This document shows, piece after piece, positions 10,458 through 20,425 of a stretch of DNA of 41,194 nt. The stretch is from an uncultured bacterium. GTDB lineage: Bacteria; Planctomycetota; J058. The notes below the pieces were generated by a model. That model did not search any database and was not told the DNA's origin. It worked only from the letters and a program-made list of their open reading frames with translations. A program made the position numbers and the translations under genes. The first letter of the stretch is position 1. Each line of letters starts with the position of its first letter. The stretch is from contig CALDQK010000390.1 in NCBI GenBank assembly GCA_937911525.1, forward strand, positions 1-41,194, written 5' to 3'.

Positions 10458-10563
10458 TACTGCCGAGCGAGTGTGCCCAGCCGTGCCCCAGTGAGGATAA
10501 ACGTGAAGTGGGCAAAGCGTTGCGCGCCTTCGAAGCGCGCCCCCATGGGCCCCATGGGCCCGT

Positions 10564-11793
10564 TCATGCCGATGGAATGGCATGAAAAATGGCCTGTACG
10601 ACCCTGGTCCAGTCAGTGGTCTGGGTCGATGTAGCAGCTGAAGCCGGAAGCTTGCCAGAGGGCGTCGAGTGACGGGCGCAGCATGCGCAGGACGTCCGCC
10701 CGGTCTCGCGGGAACTCCTCGAACACGGCCTCGGGCAAGACCACGGTGTCGCGCTCAAGCAAGTGGCTATCTCCATCGTGTAGCGCGGGGACATGTAGAC
10801 GTGGCTCCCGCGTGCGCCAGTGAGGGCAAGGAACACAGCGACAGGCGGGCACGACCCGAGCCCCTCGAGCGCTTGCATGTACTCCCAGACGGCAGTGAGG
10901 ACGTCGCGGGGAAACGCCACACCAGGGATGACGGGCGTCTCCTCGTCCCGTCCCCAGCACCCGGGGACTGTTTCCCTGAGCGTGTCAACAGCCTCGATCA
11001 TGCCGTGGCGGAAAACCTGCACGTAGCCACGAGCGCCGCCCTCACGGGCGTCGTCGACCGTCGCGAATCCATCCAGGTTGTACCGGTCGTTCCAGCCGTT
11101 GGCGCCTATCGGCCTCAGCCTCACCCGGCTCTCCTCCACTTGCCCGAGGTCGACTCGAGCCCCAGGGTTCATGGCCGAGAAGGGGATGAGGTGCAGTGCT
11201 ACGCGGCGCGTAGAGACGAGGGGGAAGGGCGTATCGTCACCGACGATCCGTCCGAGGCGCTCATCGCGAAACCGTCGGATCCGGTCCGCTACCAGCTGCG
11301 AACCGAGAAAGGCGGCGCGGATTTGATGCACGTCGAGGGGAGCCTTCTGCGCGCCGGACCGCGCGTAGAAGCGGGAGTCAGAACCGCAGGCGGTGACCAT
11401 ATGCGGCGCGTTCCAACTTCGAGGAATCCGCATGACGATCGCCGGGCCCAGACGGAACCCAGCCACTGGTCGGAACTCGACACCGTCGACTCGCGGATCG
11501 ACCCCGCTTCGGAGCATGTTCTGGAGGCGCAGAATCTCCTGGTCAACGTTCTGAACATCAAGGCCGCAGACGTCGACTGCAACACCCTTGTCCTCGGCTA
11601 CGCCGAAGACGATGTTGCCCCCAGCGCTGTTCGCGAAGGAGGCCGCGTCCGCGCTGAACTCTTTGCGGTCCGAGTCCTTCCCGGAGGGCAGGGCGACCTT
11701 GAAGTCCAGGGTCCTACACTCCGCAACAGCCTCAGAGACGAGCAACTCAAGCGTCTCCTTTGAAACCTCGTGAAGTCGATACCTGTCGAGCAT
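10564..11793 (-). CDS. Schlafen/AlbA_2 domain protein, apparently frameshifted near the C-terminus
   Basis: ATG 11793 with AGGAGG RBS. ECRTLDFK...EFSADAASFANSAGGNIVFGVAE...APHMV...FYARSG matches AlbA_2. A protein-like tail (LERDTVVLPE...LRPSLDALWQASG) continues in another frame ending at 10613. Confidence 0.85.
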   Translation of the reverse strand: MLDRYRLHEVSKETLELLVSEAVAECRTLDFKVALPSGKDSDRKEFSADAASFANSAGGNIVFGVAEDKGVAVDVCGLDVQNVDQEILRLQNMLRSGVDPRVDGVEFRPVAGFRLGPAIVMRIPRSWNAPHMVTACGSDSRFYARSGAQKAPLDVHQIRAAFLGSQLVADRIRRFRDERLGRIVGDDTPFPLVSTRRVALHLIPFSAMNPGARVDLGQVEESRVRLRPIGANGWNDRYNLDGFATVDDAREGGARGYVQVFRHGMIEAVDTLRETVPGCWGRDEETPVIPGVAFPRDVLTAVWEYMQALEGLGSCPPVAVFLALTGARGSHVYMSPRYTMEIATCLSATPWSCPRPCSRSSRETGRTSCACCARHSTPSGKLPASAATSTQTTDWTRVVQAIFHAIPSA

Positions 11794-11810
11794 GCTGCCT
11801 CCTGGGCTAG

Positions 11811-12680
11811 TCAGGTCGTAAAGAGCGACGCGACCTTTCCCTTCAACCACTCCCAATCCAGACTCCAGGGTCGCGAGGTGGAGTAGGTATCGCACAGGAT
11901 GGAGTCGAGTTCCGAGAGTACGTCCGCACAACTCGTGAACCGCGCTTCTGGCCGTGGATCCGTCAACCGCCGAAAGAAGGCGTCTACTGGCGGCGGGATC
12001 CTCGGGTCACGATGAGCGAGCGGCGCGCGATCAGGCCGGCCAGTGAGCATCTCACCGAGCACGACGCCAACCGAGAAGAAGTCTGCGGCGGCACTGCCGT
12101 CACCTGTTGCCCACTGCTCGGGGGCGCAGTACGTCTCGGTACCGAGGCCGCCCATGGTGAGGACCATGGAGTGCCGGTTCACAAATTCTCCCAGACCGAA
12201 GTCTGTGAGCACGAGACGACCGGCATCGTCAATCAACAGGTTCTCCGGCTTCAGGTCACGGTGGTGGACGCCTGCGTCGTGGGCGATCTGCAGTCCCTCG
12301 AGGATCGTCGCCGTCGCGAGGAGCGCGCGGACCTGGTCGAAGACCAGGCGACGGCTTGCAAGGGCAGCGATGTGCCCGCGGAGGGAACCGCGCTTGAGGT
12401 AGGGCATGACGTAGTAGGGCGGGACGTGCGCCAGGTCCTCGTCCAACACTCGGATGATGCGATCGGAGTGAAGGGCTTTGGTCCCCTCGACCTCTCGGCG
12501 GAAGCGCGCCTGGTGGGTTCCCCAACCCGGCGCCTTCAGGAGCTTGATGGCGACATGCTGATTGGCCACCGAGTCCTCGGCGAGAAGCACGACACCGAAG
12601 CCCCCCTCCCCCAGCTTGCGAATCGGCCTGTAACGCGACGGAACGTCAGACTGGGAACGATCACGCTTCGAACGCCGCAT
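11811..12680 (-). CDS. Small soluble Hanks-type Ser/Thr kinase
   Basis: LGEGGFGVV, VAIKLL, HRDLKPENLL, DFGLG and GTETYCAPEQ are all intact. Start ATG 12680 with GAGG RBS (alternative 12737). Stop lies 17 nt before the AlbA_2 start. Confidence 0.92.
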   Translation of the reverse strand: MRRSKRDRSQSDVPSRYRPIRKLGEGGFGVVLLAEDSVANQHVAIKLLKAPGWGTHQARFRREVEGTKALHSDRIIRVLDEDLAHVPPYYVMPYLKRGSLRGHIAALASRRLVFDQVRALLATATILEGLQIAHDAGVHHRDLKPENLLIDDAGRLVLTDFGLGEFVNRHSMVLTMGGLGTETYCAPEQWATGDGSAAADFFSVGVVLGEMLTGRPDRAPLAHRDPRIPPPVDAFFRRLTDPRPEARFTSCADVLSELDSILCDTYSTSRPWSLDWEWLKGKVASLFTT

Positions 12681-13198
12681 GTGTGCCTCACTCGTTCTGG
12701 GGAGGGAAGCGCGGTTCACACGCGCTGATCCAGCCATAGCCGCTCCCTAACAGCAGGAATTCAGACTCGGGGGGAGCCTGATGGTGTCAAGCGCGCGCAG
12801 GTTGGCAGCCACTGGTCCTGCCCTAGGCTTTACGGCGCAAGGCTCTGCGGTGCTGGGCGTACGTACCAACCTAGCGGACGTGTTTGGGTCGACGCGCTAT
12901 CGGCTCAGCACTTCCGTCAAGGAATCCGACGGTAGCAGCGGATACCGACAAACCGCGCGGCCTCTTCAATCAATGGGGCTGCCAAACTGACTGCCCCAGG
13001 AGGCCGGTCCCGCGCGGGGGTGGATGCCCATTTGGGGCTGCTGATACGCCGCTCTTGCTCGGCTGGTGAAGACTCTGAGCCTCGTCACCCCCCAGGACAG
13101 AGGACGCCGAGACCTGAGCTTTCTGCCAGCGGCCTCTCTACCCTCGACTTCCCCAGCAGAGAAGCTAATGCTCTCCAGCAAGGCAAGTTAGTTTCCCC

Positions 13199-13249
13199 TT
13201 GCGCAGTCTAGACTGGTGGTCTAGACTGCCAGTCTAGACTGGTGGTCTG
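13199..13249 (+). promoter_or_regulatory. Sigma70-type promoter overlapped by three tandem TetR-like operators
   Basis: TTGCGC (13199-13204), 17-nt spacer, TAGACT (13222-13227). TCTAGA cores at 13207, 13220 and 13233 (13-bp period) form overlapping palindromes TAGACTGGTGGTCTA, TAGACTGCCAGTCTA and TAGACTGGTGGTCTG. Confidence 0.75.
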
Positions 13250-13280
13250 TCAGGTTTGGCGGATCCGTGGAGAGAGCCCA

Positions 13281-14714
13281 GTGGCACCCATACTCGGAGT
13301 CCGTTCCACCCTCCTCTTGTCCGTCACGCTGCTACTGAGCAGTTGTGCTTGGGACGGCGTCGGCGCAAGCGACGCGCTCCACACGGAGCTCGCGCGCGAC
13401 CTTGGAGGCCCCGAACGCGACGACGTCGGGGCGCTCTCGCTTGGTCGGCGGCTGTTGGCTCAACGAACCGCGCCGGTCTCCAGCGACTCGCTCACCCTCA
13501 CCCATTGCTTTCGTCTAGCGCTCACCAACTCAGACTCCCTGCGCGCACGTGGCGAGGATCTATTTTCGAGCGAACTGCAGGAGCGCGAAGCGATCGCGTC
13601 GCTTCTTCCTAGCGTCTCTCTGTACGCCAACCACACCAAGGACTCCAACGCGATCCGATTCTCTGGGTTCGGCAGCTTCCAACCGAGTGAGCGGACCGGC
13701 TACGGATTCACTGTGACCGAGACCCTGGACCCGACGGTCTTCCCCAGGCTCGATGTGATCTCCGAAGTCCGTCGCATCCAGGCGCTCTCCCTGCGGGACG
13801 AGCGAGATAGGCTCCTCTTCGCCGTCGCATCCGACTTCTTCGCAGTGCTCGCGCTGGAGGCTGACGTTCGTGTCCTGCACGAGAGCTTGGTGAGTGCTCG
13901 CGAGTCAAGCCGAGTGCTCCGCGCGCGGAACACCAATGGCACTGCGCGGGAAGACGAAGCACTGCTCGCTGAGGCTAGCGCAGCGGAGGCCGAGTCGCGG
14001 CTCATTCGCGCGAGGGCAGAACGTGACCGTGCACGCGCCCAGCTCTCCACCAAGATCGGTCAGCCGCTTCCAGCCCGTCTCGACGACACCTACGAGGTGA
14101 GACCCGGACCACGAGACATTCCGCGGCTGATAGACCTCGCCTTACGGCAACGCTATGACCTCGAGGCGGCTCGTAGAGGTGTCGCAGAAGCCACCGCGCG
14201 AAAGCACTCGGCGATCGCCAGCTATCTTCCTCGCGCAGAGCTGATGTTCAACCACCTGACTGAGACCGAGGATGGCTTCAACAGCCAGTTGGACTGGACC
14301 TTGGGGCTCAACCTGAGCTGGACGCTGTTCGACTCCGGCGGCCGTGAGGCGAGGCTCGCCCGGGCGTATTCCGCGATTCGCCAGCGGGAGCACGAGCTGC
14401 GCGAACTGGAGAAGGGCATCCGTCTCGAAGTCGAAGACGCTGTGCTGGCATTCCAAGCCCTGGAGCAGGCGCTGCCCTCGCTGCGTTCGCAAGACCGCGC
14501 GGCAGGCGCCGCTCAGGAGGTGGTCAAGGCGCGCTTGGCGCTGGGCTCCGCCACGCAGTTGGAGGCGCTCGCGGCCAGCGCATCGCGAGAGAACGCGGCG
14601 CGGGATCTGACGCGAACGCTCCTGGCCCGAAAGCTCGCGGCGCTCCGCATTCGCCTGGCGGTCGGCGATCTCCGGCGTTCGGCCCCCGTCGCGGCGTTGG
14701 TGACCCATGAGTGA
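13281..14714 (+). CDS. TolC-family outer membrane efflux protein (lipoprotein signal)
   Basis: Lipobox LLLSS-C; two OEP repeats (LTLTHCFRLALTNS...LLPSVSL; ASYLPRAEL...LNLSWTLFDSG). Start taken as GTG 13281 (ORF opens at 13242). Confidence 0.9.
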   Translation: MAPILGVRSTLLLSVTLLLSSCAWDGVGASDALHTELARDLGGPERDDVGALSLGRRLLAQRTAPVSSDSLTLTHCFRLALTNSDSLRARGEDLFSSELQEREAIASLLPSVSLYANHTKDSNAIRFSGFGSFQPSERTGYGFTVTETLDPTVFPRLDVISEVRRIQALSLRDERDRLLFAVASDFFAVLALEADVRVLHESLVSARESSRVLRARNTNGTAREDEALLAEASAAEAESRLIRARAERDRARAQLSTKIGQPLPARLDDTYEVRPGPRDIPRLIDLALRQRYDLEAARRGVAEATARKHSAIASYLPRAELMFNHLTETEDGFNSQLDWTLGLNLSWTLFDSGGREARLARAYSAIRQREHELRELEKGIRLEVEDAVLAFQALEQALPSLRSQDRAAGAAQEVVKARLALGSATQLEALAASASRENAARDLTRTLLARKLAALRIRLAVGDLRRSAPVAALVTHE

Positions 14715-14909
14715 CCCGAGCGCGACCAGCCCCGCGTTAGGCGTGTACGTGAGCCGGGAGTGGCTCGGAGCCGATACCCGGGTCGTGGTCGAGGAGTCCG
14801 TTGGCAGTCAGCAGACGCTGCGGCAACTCCAGGCAAGCTATCGGCGGGTGACGCCATGAGCGAGGCGCTTCGCTACGCTAGACGCCGTCCCCGAGAGGCG
14901 GTCCTCAGC

Positions 14910-15575
14910 ATGCCCCGTGAGAGCTTTCAGCAACTTCCGCCCGAGCGCCGCGAGCGTCTCCTCGATGCAGCAGCAGAGGAGCTCACCGCTCACGGCCTTC
15001 TCGACGCGTCCATGAACAGGATCCTCAAGCGAGCTGGGTTCAGTAAGGGGGTCGCGTACCACTACTTCAATGACCGTGAGGACCTCCTCGTCACGGTCCT
15101 ACGCGACCGGTTCTTGGGTGCTGTATCGGATCTGGAGATCGACCTCGAGGCCCTGTCCGCGGAGTCGTTCTGGGAAGACCTCAGTCGGCTCGTGGGGGCC
15201 GCCACTGAGCCCGCGAGGTGGGACTCCTCAGCCATAGAGGTCGCGAGGGCAGTGTGGCACCTCCCCCTGGAACACCGGACCCGAGGGGCGATGGGTGAGT
15301 TCTGGGAGGAGATGACCGGGTTGCTGCGCGGGATCATTCGTCGCGGGCAAGACCTAATGGTCGTCCGCTCGGACTTGCCGGAAGAGCTCCTCGTCTCCGC
15401 AGCGATGGCCGTCGGAGAGGTCGGGGACCGTTGGTTCGTGGAGCACTGGGATGCCGACCGACCTGCGGAGATGGAGCGATTGGGCCTTCAACTCGTCGAC
15501 ATGGTCCGCCGAGTCCTTGAACCAGGTGACGCGCTCCACAAGAACACTGCCTCTGCCGGAGAACGGCAGTCGTGA
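14910..15575 (+). CDS. TetR/AcrR-family transcriptional regulator
   Basis: [59 protein letters not shown] is a TetR HTH. Start ATG 14910 after GAGAGG. Confidence 0.92.
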   Translation: MPRESFQQLPPERRERLLDAAAEELTAHGLLDASMNRILKRAGFSKGVAYHYFNDREDLLVTVLRDRFLGAVSDLEIDLEALSAESFWEDLSRLVGAATEPARWDSSAIEVARAVWHLPLEHRTRGAMGEFWEEMTGLLRGIIRRGQDLMVVRSDLPEELLVSAAMAVGEVGDRWFVEHWDADRPAEMERLGLQLVDMVRRVLEPGDALHKNTASAGERQS

Positions 15576-16321
15576 CCTCTGGGGTCGTGCCATCGCAGAG
15601 TGCCACGCCAGACGGCCGAAGGGCGGTGTTCCACATGGAGCAGCTCTCCAAGACCTACGACATGGGAGCCGTTCAGGTACTGGCGCTGCGGGGCGTGGAC
15701 CTCGACCTGTATGCCGGTGAACTCACCGTGCTCCTCGGCGCCTCTGGCAGCGGGAAATCGACGCTCCTCAACATCTTGGGGGGGCTAGACGTCGCCTCCG
15801 CCGGGCGAGTCTGGTTCTGCGACCAGGAGCTGACGAGCGCAGATGACGAGGTGCTCACCCGCTACCGCCGCGAAAACGTGGGGTTCGTGTTCCAGTTCTA
15901 CAACCTGATCCCAAGCCTCACGGCCCGCGAGAACGTCGCCGTCGTGACCGAGATCGCGAAGGACCCCATGTCACCCGAAGATGCGCTAGCTCTCGTCGGG
16001 CTGGCAGAGCGCCTCGATCACTTCCCGGCTCAACTCTCCGGTGGGGAGCAGCAGCGGGTTGCGATCGCCCGCGCGATCGCGAAGCAGCCGACCGTGCTGC
16101 TCTGCGACGAGCCCACAGGTGCGCTGGACTCGAAGACAGGGGTGCTCGTGTTGCAGGCGCTGGAACGCATCAACACCGAGTTGGGCACGACGACAGCGGT
16201 CATTACCCACAACGCTGGCATCGCGGCCATGGCAGATCGGGTGGTCCACATCAGCGATGGCGCAGTGGCGGAGGTCGAGATCAACACAGCCAAGACGTCT
16301 GCTCGGGAGTTGAGTTGGTAG
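15572..16321 (+). CDS. ABC transporter ATP-binding protein (LolD/MacB type)
   Basis: Walker [18 protein letters not shown], signature [14 protein letters not shown], Walker [13 protein letters not shown]-loop ITHN. Confidence 0.97.
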   Translation: MTSGVVPSQSATPDGRRAVFHMEQLSKTYDMGAVQVLALRGVDLDLYAGELTVLLGASGSGKSTLLNILGGLDVASAGRVWFCDQELTSADDEVLTRYRRENVGFVFQFYNLIPSLTARENVAVVTEIAKDPMSPEDALALVGLAERLDHFPAQLSGGEQQRVAIARAIAKQPTVLLCDEPTGALDSKTGVLVLQALERINTELGTTTAVITHNAGIAAMADRVVHISDGAVAEVEINTAKTSARELSW

Positions 16322-18681
16322 TGCGGAGCCTGGACCGCAAAGTGCTGAGGGACCTCTGGCAGATTCGAGGGCAGGCCCTGGCGATCGTCCTAGTCATCGT
16401 CGGCGGCGTCTCGACCTTCGTCATGTCCCTGTCGGCGGTTGACTCTCTGGAGAGCGCCAGGGCGCGGTTCTACCGCGACAATCGCTTCGCCGACGTGTTC
16501 TCAGACGTGAAGCGCGCCCCTGAGGGCGTCAGCGCACAGCTCGAGGGGATTCCGGGAGTCGAGCAGGTCGAGACGCGGGTGGTGGCGCCCGTCAGGCTCC
16601 GGGTGGAGGGGTTCGGCGACCCGATCACCGGCCAGTTGGTCTCCGTCTCGGGTCAGCCGGACGCGCTGAATCGGGTCTTCGTCAAGGCCGGGCGCATGCC
16701 CGCTCCCCACCGCGGGGACGAGGTCCTGCTCAGCGATGGCTTCGCAGGAGCCCACGGCCTGGGCCTCGGGGACACGCTCAGCGTTGTCGTCAACGGGCAC
16801 AGGAGGGACCTGCGGATCGTCGGGGTCGCGCTCGCGCCGGACTTCGTGTTCCAGTTGGGCCCAGGCACCCTCCTCCCTGACTTCAAGCGCTACGCGATCC
16901 TGTGGATGGAGCGGGAGCCCCTCGGCACAGCCTTCGACATGGATGGCGCGTTCAACCAGGTGTCCATCTCGCTCGCCCCGCGCGCCTCGCCGGAAGACGT
17001 GCTAGAGCGTGTGGACGCGGCCTTGGCGCCGTACGGGGGCAAGGGGGCCTACGGCCGAAAGGACCAGCTCTCACACCGATACCTCAACGAAGAGTTCAAG
17101 ACGCTCGCGCTGATGGCGCGGGTGCTGCCGCTGATCTTTCTCGGCGTGGCAGCCTTCCTCCTCAACGTGGTCGTCGCTCGCCTCATCAACACCCAGCGCG
17201 AGCAGATCGCGGTCCTCAAGGCCTTCGGGTATCGAAACGGCGAGGTAGGGTTCCACTACTGCAAGCTCGTAGTCGCGGTGGTCTTGATCGGGACGACCTG
17301 CGGGACGGCGCTCGGCGCAGTGCTCGGAGCAGGGACGACCAGCGTCTTCTTGGAGTTCTACCGGTTCCCGAGCGCCCCCTACGAGGTACGGGCATGGATC
17401 GTGGCCAGCGCGGCGCTAGTTACGCTCATGGCCGGGATCTCCGGCACACTCTTCTCCGTGTCGCGCGCCGTGCGACTCCCTCCCGCGGAGGCCATGCGAC
17501 CGGAGCCTCCCGCAACCTACCGGGTCTCCCTCGTCGAGCAGCTGGGTCTGTCGCGGTTCTTCTCCCAGCCTGCGAGAATGGTCGTGCGCAGCCTCGAGCG
17601 ACGCCCGGTCAACACCCTCCTCTCCGTAATCGGGGTCTCCTTCGCGGGGGGACTCGTCGTCCTTAGCGCCTCATTCTCTGACGCCGCGGACTACACGCTG
17701 AACGTCCAGTACAACCTCGTCCAACGGGAAGACCTGACCGTCGTCTTCACCGAGCCGACCTCACGTCGCGCCCTGTTCGAGATTGAGTCCATTGCCGGCG
17801 TGGAGCGCGGCGAACCCTACCGCGAGGTGCCTGTAGTCATGCGGCACGGACACCTGAGCCGGAGAACTGGGATTCGGGCCTCCGAACCCAAGAGCGTGCT
17901 TCGGCAGCTCATCGACGGTGACGACCGCGTCCTTCAGCCCCCACCTGCCGGCCTGTTGCTCAGCGCCGCGCTCGCCGACCTTCTGAAGGTCCGGCCCGGA
18001 GAGACGGTGACGGTCCAAGCCCTCGAAGGGACTCGCCGCGTCACCGAGATCCCGGTCGCAGGGCTCGTACACGACTATCTCGGCACCTCTGGCTACATGT
18101 CTCTGGACGCCCTGAACCGGCTGCTTGGGGAGGGGCACGCCGTCTCGGGCGCCGACCTGGCGATCGACCCGGGCCGTCAAGAGGAGATCCAACGTGCGCT
18201 CCTCAGACGACCTCGCGTCGCGGGAGTCACCAGCAGCGGAGGCTCCCTCGCGTCCACGCGGGAGGCCATGGACCGTCAGATGCTGACGTTCGCCTTCCTG
18301 AGCACGCTCTTGGCGGCCACGATCTCGTTCGCTGTCGTCTACAACGCTGCGCGAATCGCCCTCTCGGAGCGTTCGCGGGAGCTCGCCAGCCTCAGGGTCC
18401 TGGGATTCACCCGCTGGGAGGTGTCGACGATCCTCTTGGGCGAACTCGCGGTCATCACCGCGCTGGCGATTCCCTTGGGGTGGGGCCTTGGCGTGGTGTT
18501 GTGCTACGGGACGGTCCAAACGTGGCAGAACGAGATCATCCGCATCCCATTCGTGATCGAGCCCCAGACCTTCGCATTCAGCGCCGTGATCGTCGTCGCA
18601 TCGGCCGGGCTCTCGGCGCTGATCGTGCGCCGTCGCTTGGACAGGCTCGACCTCGTCTCCGCGCTCAAGACTCGGGAGTAG
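16315..18681 (+). CDS. ABC transporter permease, duplicated FtsX/MacB-type domains
   Basis: Two repeats of TM + periplasmic domain + FtsX motifs ([13 protein letters not shown]; [15 protein letters not shown]), ending LVSALKTRE. Confidence 0.95.
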   Translation: MVVRSLDRKVLRDLWQIRGQALAIVLVIVGGVSTFVMSLSAVDSLESARARFYRDNRFADVFSDVKRAPEGVSAQLEGIPGVEQVETRVVAPVRLRVEGFGDPITGQLVSVSGQPDALNRVFVKAGRMPAPHRGDEVLLSDGFAGAHGLGLGDTLSVVVNGHRRDLRIVGVALAPDFVFQLGPGTLLPDFKRYAILWMEREPLGTAFDMDGAFNQVSISLAPRASPEDVLERVDAALAPYGGKGAYGRKDQLSHRYLNEEFKTLALMARVLPLIFLGVAAFLLNVVVARLINTQREQIAVLKAFGYRNGEVGFHYCKLVVAVVLIGTTCGTALGAVLGAGTTSVFLEFYRFPSAPYEVRAWIVASAALVTLMAGISGTLFSVSRAVRLPPAEAMRPEPPATYRVSLVEQLGLSRFFSQPARMVVRSLERRPVNTLLSVIGVSFAGGLVVLSASFSDAADYTLNVQYNLVQREDLTVVFTEPTSRRALFEIESIAGVERGEPYREVPVVMRHGHLSRRTGIRASEPKSVLRQLIDGDDRVLQPPPAGLLLSAALADLLKVRPGETVTVQALEGTRRVTEIPVAGLVHDYLGTSGYMSLDALNRLLGEGHAVSGADLAIDPGRQEEIQRALLRRPRVAGVTSSGGSLASTREAMDRQMLTFAFLSTLLAATISFAVVYNAARIALSERSRELASLRVLGFTRWEVSTILLGELAVITALAIPLGWGLGVVLCYGTVQTWQNEIIRIPFVIEPQTFAFSAVIVVASAGLSALIVRRRLDRLDLVSALKTRE

Positions 18682-18684
18682 GCT

Positions 18685-19875
18685 GTGAAGTGGATCCGTG
18701 GAATCATCCTAGTGACATTGGGCATGCTGTCGCTCATCGCGATCGCGTACGCCTTCATGCCCCGTGGGCCACTGGTGGACGTCGCCCAGGTGGAACAGGG
18801 TCCGCTCCGAGTCACCTTCCGAGAGGAAGGGAGGGCGCGTGTGCAGGACCGCTTCCTGGTGTCCGCCCCCGTCGCAGGAGTGGTCCGGCGGTCGAAGCTG
18901 GAAGTCGGTGACACCGTTCGACCAGGCGACGTGGTCGCCAGGCTCGCACCCCCTCCTCCGCGGCTGCTCGACCGCCGGGCGGAGGCGGAGGCCGAAGCCA
19001 AGGTCGCCGGCGCGACCGCACGCTTGGCTGAGTCCAGGCAACGCGCGGAGGCAGCGACCAGTGAGGCCTCGCTCGCCAGGACAGAGCTCGAACGAGCCCG
19101 GAGGCTCCTCGAGCAGCGGGCGACGACTGACGCCGACCTCGACGAAGTCCGAACGCTGTCAGGTGTGAAGGACGCGCTCCATTTAGCAGCCCAGTCCTCA
19201 GTAGCCGTAGCCCAGCACGAGCTACAGGCCGCTCAGGTCTACGGGCAGCGCTACGGGCTAGAGGGCAGTACAGCGGAGGAAGGCGCCGAGATCTGCACTC
19301 CAGCTGCAGGCAAAATCCTCCACGTGTTCCACGAGAGCGAAGGCGTCGTTGCCGGTGGATCCCCCTTGGTGGAGATAGGTGACCCAGGGGCGCTAGAGGT
19401 CGAGGTCGAGGTGCTCTCATCAGACGCAGCCCAAATCCACTCGGGGACGCGAGTGGTCCTTGACCGCTGGGGTGGGGACCCGCTCGAGGGCCGCGTCCGG
19501 GTCGTAGAGCCGGTCGCGTTCAAGAAGGTCTCGGCCTTGGGAGTCGAGGAACAACGTGTGTTGGTCATCGTCCAGATCACCACGGACCCGAAGAAGTGGA
19601 GGAGCCTTGGGGACAGATACCGCATCGAGGCGACGTTCGTGCTTTGGGAGCGAGAACAAGTGCTCAAGATCCCCAACAGCGCAATGTTCCGTGGTGATGG
19701 TCACTGGCGAGTCTATGTGCTGAACGGTGAGTCCGTCGAGCTACGCGAAGTCGAGATCGGTCAAAGGGGTGAGTTCGCGTCCGAAGTCCTGAGCGGGATG
19801 CGTGAGGGAGAGGTCGTCGTCGTCCACCCTGACGACCAGGTCGTCGTTGGTGGGCGCGTGCGGGTTCGGAAATGA
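18685..19875 (+). CDS. Efflux periplasmic adaptor subunit (HlyD/MacA family)
   Basis: N-terminal anchor, lipoyl halves (VSAPVAGVV...EVGDTVRPGDVVA; TPAAGKIL), alpha-hairpin, and C-terminal LKIPNSA...GMREGEVVV. Confidence 0.93.
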   Translation: MKWIRGIILVTLGMLSLIAIAYAFMPRGPLVDVAQVEQGPLRVTFREEGRARVQDRFLVSAPVAGVVRRSKLEVGDTVRPGDVVARLAPPPPRLLDRRAEAEAEAKVAGATARLAESRQRAEAATSEASLARTELERARRLLEQRATTDADLDEVRTLSGVKDALHLAAQSSVAVAQHELQAAQVYGQRYGLEGSTAEEGAEICTPAAGKILHVFHESEGVVAGGSPLVEIGDPGALEVEVEVLSSDAAQIHSGTRVVLDRWGGDPLEGRVRVVEPVAFKKVSALGVEEQRVLVIVQITTDPKKWRSLGDRYRIEATFVLWEREQVLKIPNSAMFRGDGHWRVYVLNGESVELREVEIGQRGEFASEVLSGMREGEVVVVHPDDQVVVGGRVRVRK

Positions 19876-20425
19876 CGTCACCTCGCAATCTGGCTCTTGG
19901 TGGAGTCCTCAGGGAGTTCTAGCACGGGAACCAAGACCGCCCACCGCGCAGTGACCAAGCGCAAGCAGGAAGAAGCTGGCCAACGCTATGCGACTCGACA
20001 GGAAGGAGCCCATTCGTTGAGGGCTTCACCACCCGGGCCTTGAATCCTTCGACTGGCCCGGCCAGGCGGCTGGGCTGGTCGGAATGAGCGCCCTGACCTT
20101 CGAGCTGATCGAGGCGGGAGATGTGGGGCTGCCAGCTCGGCCGTTTGGGTCCGCTCGTGGTCGCAGGCCTCGCCGCCGTCGTCTTCTTCGCGCTGGAACC
20201 CGCGCTCAACACCTGATGGTCCCGCTCGAGCTGCTTGCTCGCGCGCTGCGCGGACCTCCGTGGCGATCGGCTTCACGTTCATAGTCGGCTTCTATGGCAT
20301 GGTTCGTCATGAGCCTCCCCCCAGGGGCAACGAGGCTTGTCCGTGCCCTTCTTGCCCTACACCGGGCTCAACGTGTTCCTGCCGGTCGTCGCACCCCGGC
20401 TCGGAGTAGCTTGAGCTGCGAAGTC

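Noticed and set aside
10416-10490. Complete tRNA-Gly gene
   Set aside because: The 5' half is missing; bases upstream of the anticodon loop cannot pair with GCTGA or the acceptor strand.
12755-12790. Minus-strand TTGACA as the kinase promoter
   Set aside because: Perfect -35 at 12785-12790 but no convincing -10 at 16-18 nt spacing.
19900-20420. Short ORFs and hydrophobic fragments after the efflux operon
   Set aside because: Hydrophobic stretches are scattered over several frames; possibly a decayed membrane-protein gene, but no family can be supported.
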